A DNA stretch of 63,234 nucleotides, filler included, from Chrysochromulina tobinii (Eukaryota), in assembly GCA_001275005.1 (NCBI GenBank). It is 6 parts of 6 records of this genome, joined end to end, with 100 filler letters (N's around TTAATTAATTAA, not from the genome) between each part and the next. Parts side by side here need not be neighbours in the genome. Positions count along the whole stretch, not along the records: positions 1 to 26,495 come from JWZX01001413.1; positions 26,596 to 30,122 come from JWZX01001415.1; positions 30,223 to 52,206 come from JWZX01001416.1; 3 more parts are not named here. One strand, given 5' to 3'. This document shows positions 23,173 through 33,815 of this stretch, one piece after another (position 1 is the first letter of the stretch; every line of letters starts with the position of its first letter). The position numbers were made by a program, and so were the translations under genes. A model generated the notes under the pieces. It saw only the letters and a program-made list of their open reading frames with translations. It made no database searches and had not been told where the DNA came from.

Positions 23173-26131
23173 TCACATTACGGACAGGTTTGCTGCTGGT
23201 GCATGTCCAATCGGCCCATAAGGGTTCGCCACGGCAGGCCCTTGCCCGTTACGCGCCGCATGCTGATGATGCATGGACTGCTGCATGGACTGCTGCTGCT
23301 GTGGGGAGGAGTGCTGCAGCGCCATCCACTCGCTCGAGATAGCGGCCACCCACAGCGCCAGCGCCTGCGCCGACGGCGCACGCAAGCGGTACGAGCGGTG
23401 CTTGCACACGACCTCGAACTCATATTTGAGCTTCGAATACATGCGCACACACGTGACGGTCGCGAGGGGGATGCGCTTCTCGTCCTTATCAATGACGGGG
23501 GGAATCTCGTCCGTGTCGAGCGAAGGCCGCTTGGTGCGGTAGCACAGGGCATCGTCGACGAGGTAGAAGAAGCGGCAACGGTAAATGAACGGCATCCAGG
23601 AACGGCTTCGCTTCCACAGGAAGCCTACAAGGGGCATCTGCTGCTGCTGCTGCTGCAAGTGCTGCTGCTGTAAGTGCTGCTGCTGGTAGGGCGGCGCCTG
23701 CGCCGGCGGCTGCGCGAGTGCCGCGAGGACCTCGCACCGGTATGGCGTCAGCTGTGAAGTCAGCTGTCCTTGGGGGTGCTGTGAGTAGGCGTATTGCGCT
23801 GGCACTAGAGGAGGCGGCAGCGGCAGCGGCGGAGCCAGCCCGTTGATCATCCTTAATGGCGGCGCCATCGGCGACCTGTCGGCGGCCGATGGCGCCCACG
23901 ATGGCGCCCACGCCTCCGCAGCCCGTGGGCCCCTGGTAGGCGAGGGGCCGCCATCGAGATCGGAGGGAGGTCGACTCTCCGCGCGCTCTTCCTCCGTCAC
24001 CATCCATCTGTAGGCCTGGTGCATTTGATGCGGCCCGTCGCTGTCGGTGCTGGGGGCACTCGCGCGACAGGGATGGGCTTCCTTATTAGGAACGCCTGGC
24101 AGCCGCTGCAATCGTGCCTCCTCGCGGCTCAGCGAGTGCCCAAGCTGCTCGCGCGTGCCGTTCTCTTCCTTTGGCCCAGAGGCAGGGTCGAGTCGCCCAC
24201 CTTGCCGTGCACCGACCGGTATTTCGGGCAGCTGCTCCGCGGAGGTACTGGAGACCAGAGCGCCGTCGCGGGCGGACGCTCGGGCCCGTCCCTGTGAGCT
24301 CGCGGGCGAGCTCGTGGTGCGGGCGAGCTCGGACTGCTCCTCTGCCGCGTCCGTCCCGGAGAGCCGGGCGCTGCCCCGGGCGCTCCGGTAGCTTCCCCCT
24401 GCACGGGCGCTGCCCCGGGCGCTGCCGCCGGCCGCGCGGGTAGGGTAGAGGTCTTGGTCGGGGGGGGCAGTGCGACGGGTCCGTCTGAGCACGCCTCAGG
24501 ACGGGCCGCCCGATCTGGGGCTCGATCTGAGGCGAGCTCGTTGAGCTCGTTGGGGTGTGCTGTGAAGAACTGTGCTGTGAAGAACTGGCCGCCAAAGCCC
24601 CCGTTCTCTCACCCGAGTTGTGGCGCGAGCGATGGCCCATGGCGTCCTTGTCCGAGTGCTGCCGCGAGCCGCCGCTGCCGTATTGGCTGCTGCCGCCCTG
24701 CTCCTGTCGAGAGCCGCCCCGCGAGGATTCGCCCACGACGGCGCCCCGCGAGGATTCGCCCACGACGGCGCCCCGCGAGGATTCGCCCACGACGGCGCCC
24801 CGCGAGGATTCGCCCACGACGGCGCCCCGCGAGGATCCGCCCACGACGGCGCCCCGCGAGGATTCGCCCACGACGGCGCCCCGCGAGGATTCGCTACACC
24901 GGCGGTGCTCCGGCGCCGTGCCGGGCGCCGATGCGTGTGCGTAGTAGCCCTGCGGATCGGAATCGTAACCGTCGCTTGGGGACAGCAGCCCGCGGTGGCT
25001 GCTGCCCGAACGGATCGTCGTCACCGTCTGCACCTCGAGTTGACCGATGCGCTTCGGCGGCGCGCGAACGGAGTCCAAGGCCAGCAGCGCGGAGGCGCGC
25101 GCGGCGGCGGCGTCGCGGGCACCCTCGAGCCACGCGTGCCGACGAAGCTGCGAGGCCGTCGGGCGTGCGGCCGGGTCGCGCGTGAAGCACATGGTCACAA
25201 AGGAGAGCAGCGCGGGAGAGAGGTCCGACGGCAGCGGCGGGTGCTCGTCCTGCACGATGCGGTAGAGTGCCGTAATGGGCTTGAGCTCAAAATAGGGAGG
25301 CTCGCCTGTGAGCAGCTCCAGGATGGTACATCCGAGGGACCAGATATCCGAGGCGGTGGTGAAGGCCGACATCTGGATGATCTCGGGCGCCATCCAGTAC
25401 GGCGTGCCCACCACCGAATTCTTCGCCGTCGGGCGCGAGTCTTCCTTTTTGGCGACCCCAAAATCCGCAAGCTTGACCTGCCCGTCCTTGGTGATCAACA
25501 GGTTGGCACCCTTGATATCGCGATGGCACACGCCCTGCTCGTGCAGCCACTCGAGCCCGATGAGCACCTGGTGCACGTACACGCACACCAGGTGCTCGGG
25601 GAGGGCGCCAAAGTGCTTGACGAGCGTCGCGAGCGAGCCATTCTCCACGTACTCGAGCACCAGGTACAGGTGCTCCTCGGTGCGGATCGTCTCGAAGTAG
25701 CGCACAATCTGCGGGTGCTGTAAATTGTGCAGCAGGTCGATCTCCGATTGCACCGCCTCAAGGTGCCCGATGGGCATGTTGCACGCCGGGATCTGCTTGA
25801 TCGCCCGGAAGTCGCCCGTCTCCCGGTTGAGAGCACGGTAAACCTTGCCAGAGGAGCCACGTCCCAGCTCCTCCCCAAGCTGGTACTTGGAGTCGAGCAC
25901 GCACTGCTGTGGCGGCTTCGGACGCGCGCGAAGGTTCTTGAAGCTGGTCTGGCAGTGCTGGCCGTCCGAGCCATCCTGTGCGCGGGAGGAGGAGCCTGTT
26001 CTCGACAGAGGGTCTCCCGACGCGGAGCGAGAGCCGTTCAAGGGCTCGGCCCCGGTGGGCGCAACTCCTCCGGAGTCGGTCCGACCAGAGTCAAATCTGG
26101 ACGGATGGTGCGCCCTGGGTGCAAAGCTCAT
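23173..26131 (-). CDS. STE/Cdc15-MAP3K-epsilon-like Ser/Thr kinase with C-terminal PH domain (frame change near 24420-24500)
   Basis: GRGSSG, AIKQI, HRDIKGANLL, DFG, GTPYWMAPE. PH domain (GFLWKRS..YRLRAPS..ALWVAAI) lies in the overlapping ORF 23173-24492. Confidence 0.8.
24717..24893. repeat. 27-bp coding minisatellite (GAVVGESSR, about 6.5 copies)
   Basis: CCCCGCGAGGATTCGCCCACGACGGCG repeated in tandem. Confidence 0.95.
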
Positions 26132-26495
26132 CGCCGAGGAAGGCCACAGCGGCAAGCTCGTGCGTCCACGGCGGGCCGGACTGATGAGAAAACGCCGCAG
26201 CCCGTCGCAGCTAATATCGCTGCCCGTCGACGAAAAGTGGATCCATCCTTTACCAAAAGTGGAATCTTAACTTCAAAAGACAGTCTCGTAGCATTGCGTA
26301 CTCCAGCCACGAGGCCTCCTGTAGGATTCCTATTTAAAACGTGAGATGATCGCTATTGTTCAAGAGGCGATGGCGATTTCCAAGTGTGTATGGGGCTATG
26401 GGCTACATGTATGGGCCTTTCCAGAAGTGGTCTGTGTCAAGTCAAGTCAAGTCCATACATAAACAACAGACAACCATACGGAAGCCTATCGAATG

Positions 26496-26595
26496 NNNNN
26501 NNNNNNNNNNNNNNNNNNNNNNNNNNNNNNNNNNNNNNNTTAATTAATTAANNNNNNNNNNNNNNNNNNNNNNNNNNNNNNNNNNNNNNNNNNNN
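26496..26595. other. Artificial contig spacer (also 30123-30222, 52207-52306, 56123-56222, 58855-58954)
   Basis: N-run, TTAATTAATTAA (stops in all six frames), N-run; identical in all five places. Confidence 0.99.
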
Positions 26596-26604
26596 ACGAC
26601 ATAG

Positions 26605-28137
26605 TCAGGGCCAGTAAGAGCGAGCGACATTCCGCGAGAGAATGCGGGCTGCACGTGCTATCCGCGTGTGGAGTGCGCGAGAAGTTTGGCTGCAGAGATT
26701 CGTTACGATTACCCACGTTAGAAAACACAGACAACCACATTCTTTATCTTCGCTGCTATCTTCGCTGCTGTCTTCGCTGCTCTCTTCGCTGCTCTCTTCG
26801 CTGCTCTCTTCGCCGCTCTCTTCGCTGCTCTCGAAGAGATTGTTCCGCCTGGCTCGCTTCTGAGCAGGTGCGGTCCCATCCTTAGTCTTGCGAGGTTTAG
26901 ATAAATTACCAAACTGCAGCCTGATTTCCGACCACTTTTGACGATATCGACACCCATCTTGGCAACCATACTTTCCGCGGGGTTTGCATCCTTGCTCATG
27001 CTCGAAACCATTTGCTTTGCACCAGCTTCGTATCCGTAGATTGTTCGTGGTGTGAGAGGCACCGGGTGTGAGGTCCAGCAGGGGGTTCGTCGCACCACCG
27101 ACAAACTTGGAAAAGAAAGCACTTGGGCCACCGGCAGTCTGGAATGTTGGGAATGGTTCGCTCGAACCGTCAGGCGCTCGGCTCGGATCAAATCCAAAGA
27201 CATCGTGAGAGTTTGTCTTCTCATTGCACGACTTATGGACCGCTCCGGAGATATTCCATGCTTGGTGGTAACCGCAATTGTGCCGTCGCTCGCAGGTGAA
27301 GACGTCGGGGGCTCCGTTTATACGACCATTAGGCATGCGAACTTTAGGTGCATACGTAGTCATACCTTCATCCCTGCGGGGGCATTTTGAATACGAGCAC
27401 CAGCCCAGCGACATATTCCAGTGATAGGCCACATGTTGGACCCAAATGAGTGGCTCACAGGGGTGCTCCTCATCAGGGCGTCGCTTTCCCAGCTTCTTGA
27501 TGGCAAGCCAATCCATATGAGATGCAGAGATGGCTCTTCCAATCAGCATTGCCACATCCGCTTCTGTCAAGGTGGTCGGCGTAACCCAGTGCCACGTTGG
27601 CGCAGCATCGTTCGGATCAAAGTCCATATCCCAAGCCCATGGGTTTGCTTGGAGGATCAGGCGCACTTTTTCAATTTGAGTGAATTTTGGGCGCCGGCCG
27701 CAGTCGCTCCATGAGAAACCAGAAAGTGTCCACCCTCCAGCTGCTGACCAAGGTGACCACCTTGGGACTCTGCGTTTGTCGTCGGCTACGCCGCTGCCCT
27801 GCTCTGCACCAGTGCCTTGCTCCACATCCTCGCCACCATCGGCGGCGCGGAGGCCGCCGATGGCTTCGTCCTCATCTTCGCTGCTGGGCTGGCACCTCCT
27901 TTGTCGCAGCGCCTCAGCCTCACTCGCAGCGTGCCTGGCTTCGATTGCACGAATGCGCTCCAGCAGTGCATTGCTCTGCTCCACAGCCTCGCCATCATCG
28001 GCGGCGCGGAGGCCGCCGATGGCTTCGTCCTCATCTTCGCTGCTGGGCGGGAACCTCCTTTGTGGCAGCGCAGCAGCCTCTCTCGTAACTTGCCTGGCTT
28101 CAATTGCGCGGGCGCGCTCGAGAGCATTGCTCGGCAT
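26605..28137 (-). CDS. Module gene A, copy 1: putative HNH-like Zn-binding endonuclease, about 510 aa
   Basis: ATG 28137. W..S.GWCSYSKC...CERRHNCGYHQAWNI...HKSCN motif; collinear homologue at 52413-53543; acidic EESS tail. Confidence 0.7.
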   Translation of the reverse strand: MPSNALERARAIEARQVTREAAALPQRRFPPSSEDEDEAIGGLRAADDGEAVEQSNALLERIRAIEARHAASEAEALRQRRCQPSSEDEDEAIGGLRAADGGEDVEQGTGAEQGSGVADDKRRVPRWSPWSAAGGWTLSGFSWSDCGRRPKFTQIEKVRLILQANPWAWDMDFDPNDAAPTWHWVTPTTLTEADVAMLIGRAISASHMDWLAIKKLGKRRPDEEHPCEPLIWVQHVAYHWNMSLGWCSYSKCPRRDEGMTTYAPKVRMPNGRINGAPDVFTCERRHNCGYHQAWNISGAVHKSCNEKTNSHDVFGFDPSRAPDGSSEPFPTFQTAGGPSAFFSKFVGGATNPLLDLTPGASHTTNNLRIRSWCKANGFEHEQGCKPRGKYGCQDGCRYRQKWSEIRLQFGNLSKPRKTKDGTAPAQKRARRNNLFESSEESGEESSEESSEESSEDSSEDSSEDKECGCLCFLTWVIVTNLCSQTSRALHTRIARAARILSRNVARSYWP

Positions 28138-28186
28138 GGTTTTTGCGCGTGACCACGAGAAGTTTTCAGAAAGGTCAGCTGAAAAT

Positions 28187-28503
28187 GACACACACGTTTC
28201 ATTTCACTTCCTGTCCGTATTAACCGATCCATTAGTGATCCGATCCGATCCGGTGATCCGATCCGGTGATCCGATCCGGTGATCCGATCCGGTGATCCGA
28301 TCCGATCCAGTGATCCGATCCGATCCAGTGATCCGATCCGATCCAGTGATCCGATCCGGTGATCCGATCCGGTGATCCGATCCGGTGATCCGATCCGGTG
28401 ATCCGATCCGATCCAGTGATCCGATCCGGTGATCCGATCCAGTGATCCGTCCAGTGAACTGATCCAAAAATAAACTGATCCAAAAATAATCCACGTGTGT
28501 GTC
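28187..28503. promoter_or_regulatory. Putative bidirectional promoter: inverted GACACACACGT / ACGTGTGTGTC pair enclosing the GATCC array
   Basis: Perfect 11-bp inverted repeat at 28187-28197 and 28493-28503; the same motif occupies equivalent positions in contig 4. Confidence 0.5.
28226..28481. repeat. GATCC-based tandem array (GATCC, GATCCGGT and GATCCAGT units; about 37 GATC)
   Basis: Directly visible between the two divergent ORFs. Confidence 0.95.
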
Positions 28504-28607
28504 TTGAATTTTGTGTGTCGTTTCTCCTGACTTGACTTGACTTTCCCAACTTAAGCCACGCGCGAGGCAGCGTAGGCCGGCTTGCATTCGTCGTAGCACG
28601 ATCAAAG

Positions 28608-30056
28608 ATGGCGACGCCATTACCTTGCCCGCTCTGCCCTTTTTTGCGACTCTCACCACGTCATACCCACCAATCAGATCCAGGTTCAGCAGATCCAAGG
28701 GCTATCGGCATGGCTAAGTGCATCTGTTGCAAGAACTTCTTGCAAAGATTTAAGGATGAGGCTGAAAGGCTCCTGCCAGCAAAAGCAGCGGTGCCCAAAG
28801 CAGCTGCAAAGGCCAGAGTCAGAGCAAAGGCAGGAGGAGGAGCAGCAGCAGCCGCACCAGGACCAGCACCAGGACCAGCAGCAGGTCCAGGTCCATCAGA
28901 ACCAAGACCAGCATCAGCAGAGGTTGATGAAGCGAGCAGCGAGGAAGCGCACAGCGATGCAGCAGGACCTTCAGCAGGACCAGCAGCAGCACCAGCTCCA
29001 GCTCCAGCGCCAGCGCCAGCTGAAGCGCAAGCTCCAGCAGTGTTCCCAGCTCCTGGAGCTCCAGCTCTCGAAGAGCCTGTATCACCTAGTGAGGAGGCCG
29101 GGGCCTTCGACGACGGGGACGATGATCTATTTGGAAGCTCTCTGGAGATTCAGCAGCAACTGCAGGAGGCTCAAGCCATGGTGATTGCAGCAGAGGCCAG
29201 AGCCCAACAGGCTGAGGCCAGAGCCCAACAGGCTGAGGCCAGAGCCCAACAGGCTGAGGCACTCTGTGCCGAATATGAGGAGAAGTTGACCAAAATGTGT
29301 GATATGAACGACAAACTTGAAAAGGATCTCAAGGACATCAAGTTGCAGTTGGGCAAGAAGCAGTCATCGACTGCAAGCTCATCATCTATGGCTGGCTCAT
29401 CATCTACTGCACCGTCTGCAAGCTCATCATCTATGGCTCGTGGCTCATCATCTACTGCACCGTCTGCAGGGTCAAAGTTGACCATCTTGCCACAAAAGCA
29501 GAAGGCCACACCAAAACATCCGGCTCCAGCCATCTATAACCCTATCCCAGGCACTACCCAGCCAGGCAGCCCCTCTCGTGGCCCCATAGGCCAAGTCGAC
29601 AGCGACGAGGAGGCAGAAATGCAGCGGCTTGAGGGACGAGGTGAAAGCAGCACGCTCTCCACAGCCGCAAGCGCAGCCGCAAGCGACGAGCCACCCGCAG
29701 CCAAGCCATCTCCAGCCGAGCCACCTGCAGCCAAGCCACTCAAGCGACCGCAGCCTAACCCCGCTCAGGCAGCCGCACCTCCCAAAAGCCCCCGACTTGT
29801 AGCATCCGCCCACCCAGTTAAGTGCTACTTTGATGGGCTGGACCTTCCCGGGGGAGAATACCACTGTCATCGACCGCAGATCGCAAAGAATATGCGGCTC
29901 TGTTGCGCCCCCAACTGCATGGAAGGCCCCAGCAAATGTTCGGCCGCCGCTTTTCACCTTCACTGCTACTTCGACTACTACACCGAAAAAATGGTCGACC
30001 TCAGCAAGGATTGGAACCCATTTCGCTGCCCCGTATGCGACGACCCCGTACAGTGA
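28608..30056 (+). CDS. Module gene B, copy 1: N-terminal Zn-ribbon, Ala/Pro linker, coiled coil, C-terminal PHD/RING-like finger
   Basis: PLPCPLC..SPRH..CICCKNF..KDEA; AEARAQQ x3; C-terminal CC..C..FHLHC..CPVC; homologue at 54150-55934. Confidence 0.75.
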   Translation: MATPLPCPLCPFLRLSPRHTHQSDPGSADPRAIGMAKCICCKNFLQRFKDEAERLLPAKAAVPKAAAKARVRAKAGGGAAAAAPGPAPGPAAGPGPSEPRPASAEVDEASSEEAHSDAAGPSAGPAAAPAPAPAPAPAEAQAPAVFPAPGAPALEEPVSPSEEAGAFDDGDDDLFGSSLEIQQQLQEAQAMVIAAEARAQQAEARAQQAEARAQQAEALCAEYEEKLTKMCDMNDKLEKDLKDIKLQLGKKQSSTASSSSMAGSSSTAPSASSSSMARGSSSTAPSAGSKLTILPQKQKATPKHPAPAIYNPIPGTTQPGSPSRGPIGQVDSDEEAEMQRLEGRGESSTLSTAASAAASDEPPAAKPSPAEPPAAKPLKRPQPNPAQAAAPPKSPRLVASAHPVKCYFDGLDLPGGEYHCHRPQIAKNMRLCCAPNCMEGPSKCSAAAFHLHCYFDYYTEKMVDLSKDWNPFRCPVCDDPVQ

Positions 30057-30812
30057 GTTAGTAAGTAGATAGGACCACTCGCATTCCTTCCCGTCCCTCG
30101 AGGTCGTCCGGGAAAGGCGGTCNNNNNNNNNNNNNNNNNNNNNNNNNNNNNNNNNNNNNNNNNNNNTTAATTAATTAANNNNNNNNNNNNNNNNNNNNNN
30201 NNNNNNNNNNNNNNNNNNNNNNCCCCCCCGCCGCCGCCGCCGCCTCCCCCACCACCGCCGCCGCCGCCGCCAAAACCGCCGAAACCGCCGCCTCCGAAGC
30301 CGCCGCCGCCGCCGGCGGCGAGCACGGGCAACATCCCTACGGGTTTGGACGCTCTCGAAGAGCTGTTACGGGCAGGCGAGTCTCCCTAGCGAGCGCATGC
30401 ACACGCAAGGACTGTTGGGGCCGTCGCATGTGCTTGCGGTACGTGTATTGGGGGTTCGCGAATCCACGCGCATGGTACGGCCTGCGTGTGTGACGGACGA
30501 CAGCCACACGAGCCCCTTACCCCATGGGACAACATGTTGATGTCGGCAAACGCATGGACTTCGTGGGTGGAGTTAGGTGGAGTGAGCGCGCGGCCCGTAC
30601 AACGGGTACCGACGCGGGGCTAGTAAAGAAGAGTTGTACGCATAGCCGCTTGCAAGACAATATTTCACCAGGCCTAGGGGTAAGCGAAAATCAAAATTGT
30701 CCGAGCGCGAATGTTACCGTCGAGTGTTGACCCGCCGAGGACGACGATCAGAGCGAATAATTCTATTCCGCTACCCGACCGAAGCGCCACACGTCAAGCG
30801 ATCGCGCACGGC

Positions 30813-32198
30813 TCACAAACGGCACAGGGCGACTGCTCGCTCGTAGACGATGACCGTGAGGACCGATCTCGGGACCGCCGCGACCATCCGTGGTAAGAAG
30901 CCCGAAAATAGACCCGCCCATCCGGCTTCGCGCAACACGCCTCGCAGCACCTGCCGAGCCGTTTGCGGCTGCTCGCTGCACTGCAATCGAGTCTTGATGA
31001 CGTCCATGGGCATGGAGACGGTGGTCGAAATGACAGCTGCCAGGGAGCCTGATGCCGCAAGCACGGCGCCATTCTCTTCGGAGGCCCCCATATCCGACGC
31101 GATGCGCTTCTTGGCGAGCTCATGAGTGAGCCACCATACAGCCGTGCCGGGTGCGAGCGACGCCATGGTGAGCCAGGTACCTCGCCAGAGGCCCAACACG
31201 CCCTCACGCCGCACGATCGAGGCCACTATCTGCAAGCCCGTCGTCTCTGCTGCACTGCCCAATACAGCGCCTCCAGCCGCCAACGACGTCTCTGCTGCAG
31301 AGCCCAATCCAGCGCCTCCTCCGAACGGCGCGCGCTCGACGTTGCTGAGCTCTCGCAGGTGCTGCCAGGGCGCTGTATTGGGCCCAAGCCCCGTGGTGGC
31401 GGGTGCTGTGGGCGCACCGCACGAGCTGGACACGGATGGCACCGCTGCCGGCTGACTGGCTGCTGTGCCTGCTCTGCCTGCTCTGCCCAGCGAGGACAGC
31501 GCGCGTAGGTGCACCCACGGGCGCACGATGGGCCTAGTGCCACCTGCTTCGGCGGACCTAGCTCCGCGTCCCGGCGCACACGAGCTGACGCTGCTGTCGG
31601 CGGCCGCAGGTGCGCTCGCGCCCGCATGAGTGTCCACGCTGTCCTTGAGCGACAGCCGTTGCGCCACGATGTCGAATGGCACCCAGACCAAGATGCTCAC
31701 CGTATCGGAAAGCAGCCCAGCGAGGAAGTAGACGGCACCCGGATGCTGCTGCCCGACATGCGTCTGCAGCCCCAACTCCTTGGCATGCGTGTACATGGCG
31801 AAGTAGGCGACCTCAGAGGGCACACCACCGACTACATTCCAGCTGAAGCCGCGGTAGAGGGAGCGCGGGCCGCCGTGTTCGATCATCATCTCAACATATG
31901 CAAGCGTGGACATGCGATGCGCGGCGCTTCCCAGTGGCGCTGCCTGTTGGCGCGTCTTGATCAGCTCGTAAGGATAGGTCACGCAGCCTTCGACAAATGA
32001 ATACATGGCAGTGAGCACGGCGAGCTTTCGCAAATCCACCCTGCCTTCGCCGTCATCATCACAGCTCACGGCTGTGGGACCTGGAGTCGAGTGCCGGCGA
32101 TGTATGTGTACTATGCTGAAGTTTTGCCTTCGCTGGCGAACGCCCGCGCACCGTTCGCCGTCGGGCGGCTCGAAAGGAGAACTGTCATGGCGGCGCAT
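30813..32198 (-). CDS. Mitochondrial carrier family protein (SLC25A44-like)
   Basis: Three carrier signatures PYELIKTR, PFDIVAQR, PMDVIKTR with YRGF/WRG/FSGF motifs and a long low-complexity loop. Confidence 0.9.
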   Translation of the reverse strand: MRRHDSSPFEPPDGERCAGVRQRRQNFSIVHIHRRHSTPGPTAVSCDDDGEGRVDLRKLAVLTAMYSFVEGCVTYPYELIKTRQQAAPLGSAAHRMSTLAYVEMMIEHGGPRSLYRGFSWNVVGGVPSEVAYFAMYTHAKELGLQTHVGQQHPGAVYFLAGLLSDTVSILVWVPFDIVAQRLSLKDSVDTHAGASAPAAADSSVSSCAPGRGARSAEAGGTRPIVRPWVHLRALSSLGRAGRAGTAASQPAAVPSVSSSCGAPTAPATTGLGPNTAPWQHLRELSNVERAPFGGGAGLGSAAETSLAAGGAVLGSAAETTGLQIVASIVRREGVLGLWRGTWLTMASLAPGTAVWWLTHELAKKRIASDMGASEENGAVLAASGSLAAVISTTVSMPMDVIKTRLQCSEQPQTARQVLRGVLREAGWAGLFSGFLPRMVAAVPRSVLTVIVYERAVALCRL

Positions 32199-32429
32199 AC
32201 CGTCTGCAGCCTCCGCAGACGCGACGCCGACACTTTATGACCTCATTTTCTGATTCAGATTCTTCAAGTTTCCGGTTCAGTATACCGGTAAAAAGTGTCC
32301 TGGCTCCCCCCGGTGTCAACGGCGGTGTCAGAACTCGACGCGAAAAAGTTCCTGAAACCGTCACAATCGGGTGTTCGGGTCGCTCTATCAAATACATCTG
32401 GAACCGCAAGTCAAGTCAAGTCACGTATG

Positions 32430-33290
32430 TCAGCATTTATGACGTGTCACCTCTAGATGGATCCCCTTCCGCCATCTCCATCGACTCCCGTCCTCCCCTG
32501 CTGGCTTCCGGAGCACATTCGATAGGCTTCCGTATGGTTGCAACTCAAACACACAGTTCAAGTATTGAACGCCCAGTGTGCAAGTATGAGGCCTGCTGGT
32601 GACATCGTGACATTTTAACTCTACCGCTGCTTTTCCTTGCTTTGCGTCTGTTTCGCCTTTCTTTTGTGCCTCAGCAGCGCGATGCGCGTCGAGCGCCTTG
32701 ATTGTTTCTGCTGACACGACCTTGCTCGTGGCCGACGTGGGCTGCTTGAGGCCGTCCTCGGCGATCTTCACCGCCTGAGCGCCGCAGCGACGCAGGACTT
32801 TGATGTCCGCGGCCGACCGATGGGTGCTCGCATGGCTCATCAGGAGCGCGATCGTCGCCTGGGGGCAGTCTCGCGTCACAGGCATGAGCTCGAGGACCGC
32901 GAGGGCTCGTTTGTCTCGCTTGTTCATGGCTGGGACCTTGGCAGGCGAGAGCGTGCTCGTGAGGTTGGTCACGGATTCGTTGCGAGCGAGCGCGAGCCAT
33001 CGGCGGCCGAGCACCTCGAGATGCACCGAGGGCGAAGGGCTGTGCTTCAGCAGCACATTGACCACTTGCTGCACGATGGCTTTGGTGTCCACATCGATGG
33101 GACTCGGCGACGGCTCGCACTCCATCGGAACGGGCGGCTGATTCGGAAGGCCACCGAGCGCATTGGCGAAGGATTCGAAGTCGGTGTGCTGGGTGGCGAG
33201 CATGGCGACGAGGAGCAGGCGGACGGAGCGGCAGCGCATGCAAAATGCCCACGATTGCGCCAACGAATGACGTGCGAGACCCGGAAGCAA
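32430..33290 (-). CDS. Hypothetical protein
   Basis: 286-aa ORF with host-like codon use and no recognisable motif; ends uncertain. Confidence 0.4.
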   Translation of the reverse strand: MLPGLARHSLAQSWAFCMRCRSVRLLLVAMLATQHTDFESFANALGGLPNQPPVPMECEPSPSPIDVDTKAIVQQVVNVLLKHSPSPSVHLEVLGRRWLALARNESVTNLTSTLSPAKVPAMNKRDKRALAVLELMPVTRDCPQATIALLMSHASTHRSAADIKVLRRCGAQAVKIAEDGLKQPTSATSKVVSAETIKALDAHRAAEAQKKGETDAKQGKAAVELKCHDVTSRPHTCTLGVQYLNCVFELQPYGSLSNVLRKPAGEDGSRWRWRKGIHLEVTRHKC

Positions 33291-33383
33291 CTCTCAGAGT
33301 AAACGAATGATTTGTTTCCTTTTTTATCGACTGACAACACGAACACTCTGGAATTTGGTCACTTACTAGCTAGCAGCTGTAAA

Positions 33384-33443
33384 GTGTCCTGGCTCCCCCG
33401 GTGTCTTTTTACCGGTAAAAAGACACCGGAGGGAGCCGGGACG
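33384..33443. repeat. About 60-bp imperfect palindrome centred on ACCGGT; one arm repeated at 32290-32317
   Basis: GTCCTGGCTCCCCCGGTGTCTTTTTACC|GGTAAAAAGACACCGGAGGGAGCCGGGAC. Confidence 0.85.
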
Positions 33444-33815
33444 CACACGGTTCAGTACCGGTATAAAGACACCACCATCCAAACCCACCAACAACACACA
33501 ACCCGCACGTCAGCGCGACGACCGAGAAGCCGCGGCCGACTCAACAGCCGCAGACCGGTAGGAAGGTCGGAGGTACCAACCCAGAGTGACAGACCAAGTC
33601 AGAGTGTCACACTGCACGTCCCACACTGTGAGGTGTACTGTGGGGGAAATCCCTCACAGGTGGGGCGAATACCCGAATTCCTACTCTCCTGATGTGAACT
33701 GGTCTGTTAATTCTCGGGAGCCCGGAGGTGGTCGGCCGCGGGGAGGCACAGCGCACACGTCCGCACTCAATAGAGAGCATGCGAGGAGTTTGCTTTCATT
33801 TGAAGAGTTCATATC

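Noticed and set aside
26496..26595. TTAATTAATTAA flanked by Ns, five times
   Set aside because: Artificial concatenation linker, not biology; ORFs running into it are truncated artefacts.
28226..28481. Possible CRISPR-like array (also 36058-36282, 55953-55998, 58955-59560)
   Set aside because: No unique spacers of regular length between constant repeats, and no cas genes; these are plain tandem repeats.
28204..28698. ORFs translating the GATCC arrays (also 53691-54295)
   Set aside because: Stop-free reading of simple repeats; no coding signal.
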